Source: an uncultured delta proteobacterium
GTDB taxonomy: Bacteria > Desulfobacterota > Desulfobacteria > Desulfobacterales > SG8-13
DNA: 64,000 nucleotides
Assembly (NCBI GenBank): GCA_963848135.1
Contig: CAWKCK010000003.1
Coordinates: 1 to 64,000 of the forward strand
Direction of reading: 5' to 3'
The first letter of the stretch is position 1. Each line of letters starts with the position of its first letter. Below the pieces are notes generated by a model that worked only from the letters and a program-made list of their open reading frames with translations, made no database searches and was not told where the DNA came from. The translations under genes were made by a program, and so were the position numbers. Shown in pieces: positions 29,379-39,642 of this stretch.

Positions 29379-29681
29379 CTACCAGCGACGTCCTCGACGA
29401 TTTTTTGATTCGGTGCCCCCTCCAGGCTGCGGGATATCTTCTCCCTCTGGCAGCAGTTCCGATTGACTATAATTGTGGGTCTGTTTCTGCCCACGGTTTT
29501 CATCTCCACCGCGTCCCGAGCCATCACGGCGGCAGGCCCGGCTGCGATCACGCTTTTGCTGTGTTTTTCCCCTTGGTTTACCACCAGAACGCGCTCCTTG
29601 GTCTGATCCGCCACATTGACCCAAACCCTGTCCGCTTTTGGCCCCCTGTCCCTTTGGACCGGTCCGATTGAAATTTGGCAT
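29379..29681 (-). CDS. DUF5320-like Gly/Arg-rich small protein
   Basis: MPNFNRTGPKGQGAKSGQGLGQC N-terminus, RBS aaggaggt. Confidence 0.7.
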   Translation of the reverse strand: MPNFNRTGPKGQGAKSGQGLGQCGGSDQGARSGGKPRGKTQQKRDRSRACRRDGSGRGGDENRGQKQTHNYSQSELLPEGEDIPQPGGGTESKNRRGRRW

Positions 29682-29761
29682 GGTATTACCTCCTTCGCTT
29701 CGTTGACATTTCAAACTAGGCTTTTTCGGTTAACCCAATACAGGATTACTAATTTTTGCTG

Positions 29762-29806
29762 TTATGAGCTTATGCTCATAATATTTACCGTCTGACTTTT
29801 TGTCAA
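29762..29806 (-). promoter_or_regulatory. Sigma-70 promoter overlapped by a palindromic operator
   Basis: Minus strand TTGACA-N17-TATTAT. Palindrome ttatgagc-ttat-gctcataa (29762-29781) overlaps the -10/+1 region. Confidence 0.75.
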
Positions 29807-29855
29807 GAAAGTTTTTAGCGTTTTCTCTTAATTTTAGTGGGAAAATTTATTGATG

Positions 29856-30470
29856 TCAGAATGAAGCGTTGGGAATCCCGGCCACCCTTCTGCAAACAAT
29901 ATCAGCCAGAGAAAAGACGATATCGAGGGTCAGGTGTTCTGTGATGCTCCGGTCGAAGAGCACCTTTGATTCAGCAGAAAAATCCTCATCGCCATCCCAG
30001 AGCAGAACGGCAACGGGAATTCGGGGGGTGATTGAAAAAAAATAGGCGCCATCAGCCATTTCGAGGGGAATGCCATGCAGCTGTCGGCATCTTTCCCCGA
30101 ATCCGCCAAGGTCACGGTTATATTTACTTGAAATTAGTCCCGTCGGTATGGCATGCGGCCCCCGAAAAAAGGTGACACCGCCTGGAAGGTCTTTTTCGGA
30201 GATCCATTCGTTTGACACCTTCAGGTCTTTGCATTTGAGGAGACAATAGACAATGAAAAGCCCGAGAAGGTTATCGATCTCAGCCGGTTTGTCACCACAT
30301 TGCATTATTTTATTGTCAAAAGGGCAGACCGTGAATTCGTCTCCCCAAACGGACAAGGTGTAGGATTTTGTCGCATCGTCGTATCGGCACGGGGCCCTCC
30401 GACACACGTCCCGAGAGTCGGCACCAGCCAATTCTTGAAAATAGCTCCTGTCAATTACACTGCCCATCAT
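29856..30470 (-). CDS. DUF3786 domain protein
   Basis: EWISEKDLPGGVTFFRGPH, PRIPVAVLLWDGDEDFSAESKVLFD. Confidence 0.88.
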   Translation of the reverse strand: MMGSVIDRSYFQELAGADSRDVCRRAPCRYDDATKSYTLSVWGDEFTVCPFDNKIMQCGDKPAEIDNLLGLFIVYCLLKCKDLKVSNEWISEKDLPGGVTFFRGPHAIPTGLISSKYNRDLGGFGERCRQLHGIPLEMADGAYFFSITPRIPVAVLLWDGDEDFSAESKVLFDRSITEHLTLDIVFSLADIVCRRVAGIPNASF

Positions 30471-30507
30471 ATCACCATGATTATCCCATAAATTTCATGA
30501 CATCTAT

Positions 30508-31464
30508 TCATCGTCCTTGAATCTTCTTTTTTTCCTCCCTGCGTTTGATTCTGTTCTGATCCTTGATCTTTTTGTAATTGATCTTAATCAATTGTTTTTC
30601 TTTGTTGATTTCCGCCATTCTGGATACGAACTCCTGCTGGCCGGTTCCCCCGCTCTGGGCCGTTTGCATGAGTAACGCATTGTAAAATATCTGTTCCGTG
30701 CCGAGCGCATGATCCTCCTTTTTTTCACGCCACTCCAGCTCGAAATCTTCGTTCATATTCTGCATTTCCCATTCCCGCAGCCTGGCGCCATACGCGAACT
30801 CGCTGATCGTATATTGATTCCTCTCTTTGATCTTTACGACCTCTTTTTTCTCCTGATCGTTCCACTGCTCCTCCTGTTTGGTAAGTCCGTCTCCGATGGG
30901 GTTTGCGAGGATGGGCGCATAATCTTTTGTCAGGCCGAGTGAAGCGGCCTTGTCCAATGCGATCTGATCCCGTTCCGACAAAATTTCGTTTTTTCGCTTC
31001 TCGGTCTCAACCTTCTCCTTGTGGAGCACTTCTGCTGATGCTTTCCGTAAAGCAAAAAGTTCATCCGCGTACGCCTTTCCTTCAGCCTGCATCTTACTTA
31101 AGGCCTCCTCATCGGATTGAAGGCCAGGGTTGATGAACATGCTTGTCACCGTCTTCTGGTATTCAGCCTCGGCAACGGTCACTTTTTCATCCGCATCCGC
31201 CTTGAGTTCCACACGTTTGAGTTCAAATTCGACATCCAGTTCTTTCACTTTTTCCTGGTATTCCACCTTGAGCTCACGGGCAAACTCTCTGAAGGATTTT
31301 GTGGCCTCGTTGATTTCAGTGGTGCGCTCTTTCTTGCTTGCTTGGCGTTCTTTCTGGGCGTCCTGGCGCTGTTTGCGCAATTCCTTGCTTTCCGCGGCGA
31401 CAGCCTCATGCGAATGAAAAACAAGTGTAAGAATAATCAATGACATACAGGCATGTTTCAGCAT
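30508..31464 (-). CDS. Secreted coiled-coil hypothetical protein
   Basis: Signal peptide, E/K/Q/R-rich helical sequence, RBS aaggagg. Confidence 0.75.
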   Translation of the reverse strand: MLKHACMSLIILTLVFHSHEAVAAESKELRKQRQDAQKERQASKKERTTEINEATKSFREFARELKVEYQEKVKELDVEFELKRVELKADADEKVTVAEAEYQKTVTSMFINPGLQSDEEALSKMQAEGKAYADELFALRKASAEVLHKEKVETEKRKNEILSERDQIALDKAASLGLTKDYAPILANPIGDGLTKQEEQWNDQEKKEVVKIKERNQYTISEFAYGARLREWEMQNMNEDFELEWREKKEDHALGTEQIFYNALLMQTAQSGGTGQQEFVSRMAEINKEKQLIKINYKKIKDQNRIKRREEKKKIQGR

Positions 31465-31875
31465 TTCGCCTCCTTTTCTCGCTGGCTGGTGTACCATAGG
31501 TACCAAACCTAACCCGGAATTTTCATCAATTGGGGGCTATTATGACTTAGGCATTTCGAGGTGATGCTGCCGTCAGTCTACCGCGATACTCGAATAACGC
31601 CGGCCATGAGAGCCTCCGGTTGACCCGAAGGGTGCAATCTTTTCAGCTCTTTCATTAGATCTTGAGGAGATACAAAGTGTCCCTGGGTTATACGGTTTAT
31701 GTTTTTGACCAACGCTCCGATATAGCTTACTTTTGGTCGCTCGGTGAAAAGATTTCATGAAATGGTCGGGCTAATGGACGAACTGTATGCATACTATAGG
31801 CGTTGGTTCTCTCCAATTCAACGTCCTAATTTAAGTTGATAAAATTATTGGGCTCCCGTGAGCAATCAAAAACTA

Positions 31876-31902
31876 TGTAACCTTTTTTATCTTGATTCGT
31901 TA
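31876..31902 (+). promoter_or_regulatory. Putative ECF sigma promoter
   Basis: tgtaac-N16-cgtta (AAC / CGT cores) upstream of the DUF2202 gene. Confidence 0.45.
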
Positions 31903-31957
31903 CAGAAATTAAACGTGGGCAACAATCATAATATTAACAAGGGAGGATAAGCTGAAC

Positions 31958-32485
31958 ATGAAAAAAATCATTTCCGCGATGGCCATTTTATTGGTTTTCA
32001 CATTCGTCGTTACCGCTCCGGTAACGGCCGGAGGGAAGGGCAAAAAAACCGGCAGCGAAATACTTTCTCAAGAGGAAGTCGACGGCTTGTTGTTTATGCG
32101 TGAAGAAGAAAAACTCGCCCGTGACGTCTATAACCTATTGTTTGACGAATGGGGACTCCAGATTTTCGCCAACATCGCCGCAAGCGAGCAGCGCCATACG
32201 GATGCGGTTTTGTACCTCCTGGGGAAATTCGGTCTCGATGATCCGGCATTGGGTCTGGGGGAATTTGCCAATCCTGAGCTACAGGAACTATACGATAATC
32301 TGGTGGCAAAAGGCCTGACATCAGTCAACGATGCGATTGATGTCGGCGTAATAATAGAAAGAACAGATATTTCTGATATACAGCATCTGTTAGATCAAAC
32401 GAACAACGACAATATCATCCAAGTCTACACAAACCTGCTGGACGGCTCATATTCGCATCTCGACGCCTTTGAGAGCCAACTTTGA
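31958..32485 (+). CDS. DUF2202 ferritin-like exported protein
   Basis: LLFMREEEKLARDVY, IFANIAASEQRH, IERTDISDI, VYTNLLDGSYSHLDAF. Confidence 0.9.
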   Translation: MKKIISAMAILLVFTFVVTAPVTAGGKGKKTGSEILSQEEVDGLLFMREEEKLARDVYNLLFDEWGLQIFANIAASEQRHTDAVLYLLGKFGLDDPALGLGEFANPELQELYDNLVAKGLTSVNDAIDVGVIIERTDISDIQHLLDQTNNDNIIQVYTNLLDGSYSHLDAFESQL

Positions 32486-32566
32486 ATCGTGCTAAATAAA
32501 TAATGGTGTCCAGAAGTTGATGATCGTTACTTTGCGAATGCTGTCGATGACGGACACGCCTTTGGG

Positions 32567-33916
32567 TTAAAACCGCAGGGTAAATACCGTCGATACACCC
32601 GGCGTTGAATCCGCACTCAGGGTTCCCTTGTGGAGACGCATAATCTGTCGCGATAGACTGAGGCCGATTCCCGACCCTCTCTGCTTGGTCGTGAAAAAGG
32701 GTATGAATATCCGCTCCAATACTTCGGTGGGAATACCCTTTCCGTTATCGATTACCTTTATGAGTGGAGTTCCCTTGTCACCGGTGCCGGCCACCAAGTC
32801 GATCCGCGGGTGTTCAACAGTATTCAACGCCTCCACAGCATTCTTGCATAGATTGATCAACACCTGTTCTATCAGGGCCGGATCGGCTGTTATCTCGAGG
32901 GTTACAGGGTCGATGCGGGTGCCGAATGCGATCGATTGCCTTTCCATCTGGTCAATCATCAAGTTCTTCACCCGTTCGACCAAATCACCGACCCTGACGA
33001 TTTGAAACTGCGGCTGGGGGATACGGGTCAGTTCGCGGTATTTTTCAATAAATGCGATAAGCCCCTTGCTGCGTTTTTCGATGGTTTCCACCGCATCGCA
33101 GACATCCTTCAATCTTTCATTTCGATTCTCGGCGGGTTCCACAGTGCAATCACTCGATAGCAGCCCGTTTGCTGTTGACGCCAACGAAGCAATTGGCGCT
33201 ATTGAATTCATGATCTCGTGGGTCAACACCCGAATCAGGTTCTGCCAAGCCTTCATTTCCTTTTCTTCGAGTTCATTCTGAATGTTCTGCATGGCAACTA
33301 AAAGCAGTTGCCGTTGTTTCGAAACAAAACCAGTGGCATATAGGGAGAGCTGTAAAAGATCGTCATCTTGTTGGAGTTTGACGAGGCGGTTTTCTCCCGG
33401 CGAAAGTTTGTGCAGCGTTTCCACCAGCTTTGGATCGTTAGGGCTCAAGTTTCGGATGTTTCTCAAGGTCGGGACTTTGAGCAATCGTTTGGCGGCATTG
33501 TTAAAAAGCTCGACCGTGCCGTCCGGCTGGTAGGCCACCAGACCGATTCCCACGTGGTCTATGATCGTCTGTAAAAATCGAAAATGCTCCTCTTTTTCAA
33601 GCTTCGTGCGTTGGAATTCACGGATCACCTCATTCAACGAAGCTGTCAGTTCCTCGAAGCCGGACCCTTTCAGACTGTTTGTAAATGACTGGGAAAAGTC
33701 CGAATACTTGATCGAAACAAGAAGCCGATTCAAATCGTGGTTCGTTCGGGCCACATATCGAACGAGAGAGATCACCTGAACGGCGGCAACCAGGCTGGCA
33801 ATAATCCCGACCACCAAAAATCCCGTTTGCAAGAAAAAGTAGAAAATAAGACCAATCGTGATTGTGAGAAGGACGACACGGAGGGAACAATTTATGATAA
33901 AATTCTTGATAATCAT
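32567..33916 (-). CDS. Sensor histidine kinase (2 TM, PAS-like, HATPase)
   Basis: LIRVLTHEIMNSIAPI, EQVLINLCKNA, DNGKGI, IFIPFFTTK..GSGIGLS. Confidence 0.93.
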   Translation of the reverse strand: MIIKNFIINCSLRVVLLTITIGLIFYFFLQTGFLVVGIIASLVAAVQVISLVRYVARTNHDLNRLLVSIKYSDFSQSFTNSLKGSGFEELTASLNEVIREFQRTKLEKEEHFRFLQTIIDHVGIGLVAYQPDGTVELFNNAAKRLLKVPTLRNIRNLSPNDPKLVETLHKLSPGENRLVKLQQDDDLLQLSLYATGFVSKQRQLLLVAMQNIQNELEEKEMKAWQNLIRVLTHEIMNSIAPIASLASTANGLLSSDCTVEPAENRNERLKDVCDAVETIEKRSKGLIAFIEKYRELTRIPQPQFQIVRVGDLVERVKNLMIDQMERQSIAFGTRIDPVTLEITADPALIEQVLINLCKNAVEALNTVEHPRIDLVAGTGDKGTPLIKVIDNGKGIPTEVLERIFIPFFTTKQRGSGIGLSLSRQIMRLHKGTLSADSTPGVSTVFTLRF

Positions 33917-33961
33917 TGAGCCCTACCAAATTGCAGGTGATATCGCGACCCGATCTGATTC

Positions 33962-35338
33962 CTACAAGCCGTATTTTTCCATCCTGCGGTAAAGCGATGT
34001 TCTCGTGATCCCCAGTTCTCTGGCAGTTTGTGAGATATTACCCTCACGCTTCTTGAGGGCTTTGCGGATGATGGTCTTCTCCACATCGTCTAGATTGTAA
34101 TTTTCAAATACAACGCCCTCGGTCTTGGTATCCATTTCAGGGAAGAGGAAATCGGACGGCTGCAGCATGGTTGCCTCCGACAGGATAACGGCACGTTCCA
34201 GCGTGTGGCGCAATTCCCGGATATTTCCGGGCCAACGGTAACGCTCAAGTTTCTTTATGGCTGCCAGACCGATCCCCACGACCGGCTTTTTGTACTTTCT
34301 GGCATAGCGCCCTAAAAAGTACTCTGCCAGGAGCGGTATATCTTCGCGTCGCTCGCGCAGAAGCGGTAAGTAAATCTCCACCGTGTTCATCCGGTAAAGC
34401 AGGTCCTGCCTGAATTCGTTGTTAACCACCATATCGTAGATGGGCATGTTAGTGGCGCATATGAGCCGAATGTCAATGTTGCGCGGTGCATTAGATCCCA
34501 GCCGGATGACCTTGCGAGTTTCGAGAACACTCAACAGTTTGGCCTGCATCGGTAGTGATAGGTTGGTAATTTCGTCCAGAAACAGAGTCCCGCCTGAGGC
34601 CAGTTCGAAGCGTCCGGCGCGATCCTCCCTTGCATCGGTGAAAGCGCCTTTCACATGGCCGAATAGCTCACTCTCGAAAAGGCTCTCAGCCACAGCCCCC
34701 ATGTCGACACTGATGAAAACATCATTTCTCCTCAAGGACTGTCGGTGGAGCGCCCTGGCCACAAGCTCCTTACCGGTGCCGTTTTCCCCTAATATAAGGA
34801 CATTGGCATCGGTGGCGGCCACTTTTTCAATGGTTTTAAACACGCCTTGCATGGCCGGACTGGTACCGATCATATCGTGAAATTTTTGATCAATGTCCGC
34901 ACTCATCTGTTTCTGTCGGGATCGGAGTCGGTCGATCTCAAGACGCGATAAACGCAAAGTCAAGGCCGTATTGATAGTGGTCAGGAGTTTTTCGTTCTGC
35001 CAGGGTTTAAGCACGAAATCGGTGGCACCGGCTTTGACGGCCCTGACTGCGGTTTCGACGTCACCGTAAGCCGTGATCAAGATAACCACGGCAGCAGGAT
35101 CGATCTTTAGGATTCTTTCCAGCCACATGAAACCCTCGGTGCCACTGGTGGCGTCCACCGTAAAGTTCATGTCAAGCAGGATCACATCATAATTTTCATT
35201 CTGCAGTAAAAAGGGTATTTTATCGGGGTTCTTCTCGGTGTGAACCAGAACGGAGTGCTGCTTCAATAAAAGACGGGCAGCCAGCAGCAAATCTTCATTG
35301 TCGTCAACTACCAGTATTCTGCCTGTTTTGCGAGCCAT
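33962..35338 (-). CDS. Sigma-54-dependent response regulator (NtrC family)
   Basis: ILVVDD, LLDMNF, GENGTGKE, ESELFGHVKGAFTDA, Fis HTH. Confidence 0.96.
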   Translation of the reverse strand: MARKTGRILVVDDNEDLLLAARLLLKQHSVLVHTEKNPDKIPFLLQNENYDVILLDMNFTVDATSGTEGFMWLERILKIDPAAVVILITAYGDVETAVRAVKAGATDFVLKPWQNEKLLTTINTALTLRLSRLEIDRLRSRQKQMSADIDQKFHDMIGTSPAMQGVFKTIEKVAATDANVLILGENGTGKELVARALHRQSLRRNDVFISVDMGAVAESLFESELFGHVKGAFTDAREDRAGRFELASGGTLFLDEITNLSLPMQAKLLSVLETRKVIRLGSNAPRNIDIRLICATNMPIYDMVVNNEFRQDLLYRMNTVEIYLPLLRERREDIPLLAEYFLGRYARKYKKPVVGIGLAAIKKLERYRWPGNIRELRHTLERAVILSEATMLQPSDFLFPEMDTKTEGVVFENYNLDDVEKTIIRKALKKREGNISQTARELGITRTSLYRRMEKYGL

Positions 35339-35522
35339 CGAATAACCCTTTATTTTCAAAATACGTGGCTAACGGAGACAACCCAACGATACTGTTCAGG
35401 AGAATTTAGAATATGGTGACTGCTAAATCCGTGCCGATCTACGAATAGTTGACGGGATTATCACGCGCCCGAATCATAGATAGTGAAATTTTGGTAGTCA
35501 GGGCGATCTTAATGATTGGGGG

Positions 35523-35560
35523 TGTACGATATCGGACATTCACTGTATCATTTGTATACA
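35523..35560. promoter_or_regulatory. Putative enhancer (UAS) pair for the NtrC-like activator
   Basis: Tandem palindromes tgtacgatatcggaca and tgtatcatttgtataca about 130-165 bp upstream of the -24 element. Confidence 0.55.
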
Positions 35561-35686
35561 CACACTTCAGCCAGCAAGAGTTTTTTTAAGAACATATAGC
35601 ACTTTCCCAGCAAGCTTGAAATACCTGACAATCATTATCAAAAAATCACCACTAAAATCAACTACCGTATAGGGAAAAATGATCAA

Positions 35687-35703
35687 CTGGCATACCTGTT
35701 GCT
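35687..35703 (+). promoter_or_regulatory. Sigma-54 promoter (-24/-12)
   Basis: cTGGCAtacctgTTGCt with exact GG-N10-GC spacing, upstream of the ABC genes. Confidence 0.8.
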
Positions 35704-35823
35704 CAAGATCTCGATGATAAAGTGTTAAACCTATGTCCAGTGTGTGCCTTTAGCACATGTTAAAAGCCTCTCTATCGAAGGGGCGACCAGCTGCCACTCA
35801 TTTAAAAGAATCCCGCTTACGCC

Positions 35824-36558
35824 ATGATTGAAACCAACAATTTGACAAAGGTGTTTAGAACAGCAGATATAGAAACTACCGCTTTGAACAACGTCAACGT
35901 CGAGATTCATGAGGGAGAGTTTGTCGCTATCATGGGTCCTTCCGGTTGCGGTAAGTCGACTTTTCTTCATCTGGCCGGTATGCTGGACATTCCGACCGCT
36001 GGCAAATACTTCTTTATGAATCAAGAGGTATCTCACTTTACTGAAAGTAAAAGAGCCACTCTGCGAAAAGGAAATATCGGTTTTGTATTCCAGAGCTTTA
36101 ACCTCATCAATGAATTAACCGTGTACGAAAACGTGGAACTGCCGCTTCTCTACCTGAAAATACCATCGCCCGAGCGTAAAAAACGGGTCAATGACGTTTT
36201 GGAGAGAATGGCACTCATTCCCCGCAAAAAACATTATCCCCAACAAGTGTCCGGCGGTCAGCAGCAGCGCGTCGCTGTCGCTCGCGCCATCGTCGCCGAA
36301 CCCAAACTCATGCTGGCGGATGAACCCACCGGTAACCTGGATTCGACCCACGGAGACGACGTCATGAAATTACTCGTCGACCAGAACGAGAAGGGCACGA
36401 CGGTGGTTATGGTGACTCATTCTCCGACCTACGCCGACTATGCTCACCGTGTCATTCATCTGTTCGATGGCCACATTGTTACCGAAAACTTAAAGGACAC
36501 TTACAAACAGCGCGGTCATTCCACCACGGCCACAACCCGTGGATCAGCATATGATTAA
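35824..36558 (+). CDS. ABC transporter ATP-binding protein (LolD/MacB type)
   Basis: GPSGCGKST, VSGGQQQRVAVAR, LADEPTGNLD, VTH. Confidence 0.95.
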   Translation: MIETNNLTKVFRTADIETTALNNVNVEIHEGEFVAIMGPSGCGKSTFLHLAGMLDIPTAGKYFFMNQEVSHFTESKRATLRKGNIGFVFQSFNLINELTVYENVELPLLYLKIPSPERKKRVNDVLERMALIPRKKHYPQQVSGGQQQRVAVARAIVAEPKLMLADEPTGNLDSTHGDDVMKLLVDQNEKGTTVVMVTHSPTYADYAHRVIHLFDGHIVTENLKDTYKQRGHSTTATTRGSAYD

Positions 36559-36586
36559 TCGGGATTAATTACCAAAATGTGAAGGG

Positions 36587-38938
36587 ATGATGATCGCAAA
36601 CACCTTCAAAACAGCTTTACGGAATATTTTCAGAAACAGATTTCATGCGCTGATCAACATCGCAGGTCTATCGGTCGGCATGACCGCAAGTATCATGATT
36701 CTGATGTTTGTCTGGGACGATCTGCGATTCGATCGATTCCATGAGAATGCCGACCGAATATACAGGGTTATCAGAGAGGTACCGGCTTGGAATATGTCCT
36801 TGGCTCTGAATCCGTTGCCGATGGCGAACGCTTTAAAGGTCGATCTGTCGGAGGTGGAAGAAGCCGCCAGTTTCACCCGTTTTGTGAAATCATTCATCCG
36901 CTACGGGGACCGGTGGACCAAGGAAGGACCCATCTGTTTTGCCGATCCCTCCTTTTTCAAAATGTTTTCGTTTGAATTTATTCGCGGCTCGCCCGATTCC
37001 GCCATAGTGGATCCTCGATCTATTGTTATTACTCAAAAAGTGGCCCTTCAAATCTTCGGCAATGAAGATCCCATAGGGAAATCCATCTTCGTCCATTCCG
37101 TTGGTAATGTCACAGTTCAGGCCCTTATCAGGGCTCCCAAACGGTCGCATATCCCACTGGGGGTGATTTTGCCAATGTCCCTTTACCCCCGTCCGGGATA
37201 TGTTGATAACTGGAATAACAGTAATTTTACAACCTACGTTCTGCTCCGAAAGGGCGTCACGCAAACAGAATTTCAACAAAAGTATTCATCGTATCTGGAC
37301 AAAATTATCGGGCCGGAGGCGAAGAATACGCTTTATTTTCAACCGTTACGACACGTCTTCCTGCAATCGAATTTTGCATATGATTTCATGTGCGCCCCAT
37401 ACAATGTGCATCTCCATTATTTGTTGGTACTGGTTGCCATCAGCATATTGGCCATTGCCTGTTTCAATTACGTCAACATCGAAACCGCACGGGGGGCAAA
37501 AAGGGCACTTGAGGTGACCGTGAGAAAAACCTTTGGCGGCACCAGATTTCACATGATTGTTCAATTCTTAGGCGAAGCCGTGTTTCTGAGTATACTCGCG
37601 TTCATTATCGCCATCGCTCTTGTTGAAGCATTTTTGCCGGCCTTTAATCGCTGGACGGAAATTAAAGACCTCGTCCTCTATGATCAGTCCCATTGGGGCC
37701 TTTTAACTGCAATGGCCTTTACGGCGATTTTAGCCGGAGTGGCCGCAGGCAGCTATCCGGCGTACCTGTTAGCTTCAATGAGACCGATTGAGACCCTGGG
37801 GCAGATGCACTACGGTATACCAACTCAACCGCTACTGCGTAAAATTCTCGTCTCCTTTCAATTTTTTGCATCGATTGTTCTGATCATAGCCTCTTTGACG
37901 ATTCTGAGCCAAAGGGACTATTTGATCAGCAAGAATCCCGGTTATTCGCCCGAGAATATCGTATTTACCGACCTTACCGGCAGAGTGCAGGATAAATACG
38001 ATGCTTTTAAGAGCCTACTTTTGCGGCACCCGAACATATCGGGTGTGACGGCTGCGAGAGATCTGCTCACCTGGGAAGGCCCATCGACCCTCCTCACCCA
38101 TTGGGAGGGAAAATCGGAACCGGGCGATTTTTTAATACATTACGCAAAAGTCGATCCCGATTTTATCGAAACAATGGGAATCCAGTTGGTCGCAGGAAAA
38201 AGCTTCGCGATGGAATCCTCCGGGAAGGGCATGATCGTAAATCAAGAGGCGGTCAACCAGATGGGGCTGGATGAACCGATCGGCACAAAAGTTTCAGGAT
38301 GGCAGCATAACGGCCTTATTATTGGGGTCGTACAAGATTTTAATTACAATAACCTGCGCGAGAAAGTTGCGCCCCTGATGTTGACAGTCGACAGGAAACA
38401 GCTTCGGGTGGCATACATCCGAATTTCAGATGACAATACCGGCCAGTCGATGAAGGTCATAGAAAAGGCATGGAAAGAAATCGAACCCGATTACCCGATT
38501 GCCACCCATTTTCTATCTGACAAGTTGAAAAAAATGTATACACTCGAGGAAAAGATCGGTGAGCTTTTCTTTGCTGCATCCGGTTTTGCGCTGTTGCTCT
38601 CATGTTTGGGGCTGTATGGTTTGACGTCTTTCATTTGCGAACAACGGACCAAGGAAATTGCTATCCGCAAAGCTTGCGGAGCCTCTTCAGCAGATATCAT
38701 GCGCCTGATGCTACTGGGATTTTTCAAACTGACCATTTTCGCCAATGTGATCGCTTGGTCAGTCGCCTACGTGGCTCTGAGCAAATGGCTGCAAGACTTT
38801 GCCCATCACATAGAGTTGGAAATTGTTCCATTTATCTTTGCAACAATCGTGTCCCTGCTGGCCGTCGTAATGGCTGTAGGAATAAAAACGTTGCGCAGTG
38901 CAACAGCAAATCCGGCAAAGGCCCTGCGGTACGAATAA
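36587..38938 (+). CDS. ABC transporter permease (duplicated MacB-PCD/FtsX domains)
   Basis: INIAGLSVG, FDRFHENADRIYRV, IACFNYVN, LSCLGLYGL...QRTKEIAIRK..GAS, ANPAKALRYE. Confidence 0.93.
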   Translation: MMIANTFKTALRNIFRNRFHALINIAGLSVGMTASIMILMFVWDDLRFDRFHENADRIYRVIREVPAWNMSLALNPLPMANALKVDLSEVEEAASFTRFVKSFIRYGDRWTKEGPICFADPSFFKMFSFEFIRGSPDSAIVDPRSIVITQKVALQIFGNEDPIGKSIFVHSVGNVTVQALIRAPKRSHIPLGVILPMSLYPRPGYVDNWNNSNFTTYVLLRKGVTQTEFQQKYSSYLDKIIGPEAKNTLYFQPLRHVFLQSNFAYDFMCAPYNVHLHYLLVLVAISILAIACFNYVNIETARGAKRALEVTVRKTFGGTRFHMIVQFLGEAVFLSILAFIIAIALVEAFLPAFNRWTEIKDLVLYDQSHWGLLTAMAFTAILAGVAAGSYPAYLLASMRPIETLGQMHYGIPTQPLLRKILVSFQFFASIVLIIASLTILSQRDYLISKNPGYSPENIVFTDLTGRVQDKYDAFKSLLLRHPNISGVTAARDLLTWEGPSTLLTHWEGKSEPGDFLIHYAKVDPDFIETMGIQLVAGKSFAMESSGKGMIVNQEAVNQMGLDEPIGTKVSGWQHNGLIIGVVQDFNYNNLREKVAPLMLTVDRKQLRVAYIRISDDNTGQSMKVIEKAWKEIEPDYPIATHFLSDKLKKMYTLEEKIGELFFAASGFALLLSCLGLYGLTSFICEQRTKEIAIRKACGASSADIMRLMLLGFFKLTIFANVIAWSVAYVALSKWLQDFAHHIELEIVPFIFATIVSLLAVVMAVGIKTLRSATANPAKALRYE

Positions 38939-39330
38939 GAGAAAGTAGCCGACGTTACGAAATGTACTGCACGCCAGCGAACACCGGCTGTCTCACAATC
39001 GAACACTACACATCCACTTTCTTCTCGAAGACGGTACTTTATTCATCCTCTTCCATGGTAGATGATTGACTGGCCTTTGAATGCCCTGTTTGACCGTAAA
39101 CATTCCAGAAAAACACTTATATCAATCGTAAACATTGCCTCTTAACTTTTCTGAGCCCGGCGAGATTGCGTTAATTCTGTATCGGCAAGGATTAAAGAGG
39201 AGGTTTTGACCCAAGAAATATTTAAACTACTCTTTATTGTATTTTCCACAATAGCAAATCACGCCTGATTGTCAAATGTCGAACATTATCTTTTCTTCCG
39301 TTACATTAAAATTATCAAGGTATCCGTCGA

Positions 39331-39346
39331 TGGCATAAAGTTTGCT
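39331..39346 (+). promoter_or_regulatory. Sigma-54 promoter (-24/-12)
   Basis: TGGCAtaaagtTTGCt with GG-N10-GC spacing. Confidence 0.7.
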
Positions 39347-39407
39347 CTATAGTATATAAAAATGACCAAGAAGAAAACGAAAAGAAGTAAAACTAAAGAG
39401 GCCGAAT

Positions 39408-39614
39408 ATGCATACTTCCGTTCGATCAGCAACCAAACAAATAGATTATCGCGCCAAGGCCCGTCTCAATTTATCGATTGCTAAGGACCTGTCTTGTTGT
39501 TTTGGCGGCAGAGAGGCCGACTACCTGAAACGGCTCAATCGCAAACTGAAAAAAGAGATTTATCTCTATCGTCAAGAATATCCTCCGGGCCCAAAAAGCA
39601 ATTCACAAAATTGA
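39408..39614 (+). CDS. Small hypothetical protein
   Basis: 68-aa ORF with RBS gagg, between the sigma-54 promoter and the GIN-domain gene. Confidence 0.45.
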   Translation: MHTSVRSATKQIDYRAKARLNLSIAKDLSCCFGGREADYLKRLNRKLKKEIYLYRQEYPPGPKSNSQN

Positions 39615-39642
39615 ACATCGAAAAGATTGCAAGGAGGGAAAG

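Noticed and set aside
31520..31660. Possible structured leader upstream of the coiled-coil gene
   Set aside because: There is one moderate stem (ggcatttcgag/ctcgaataacgcc) but no known aptamer motif and no terminator.
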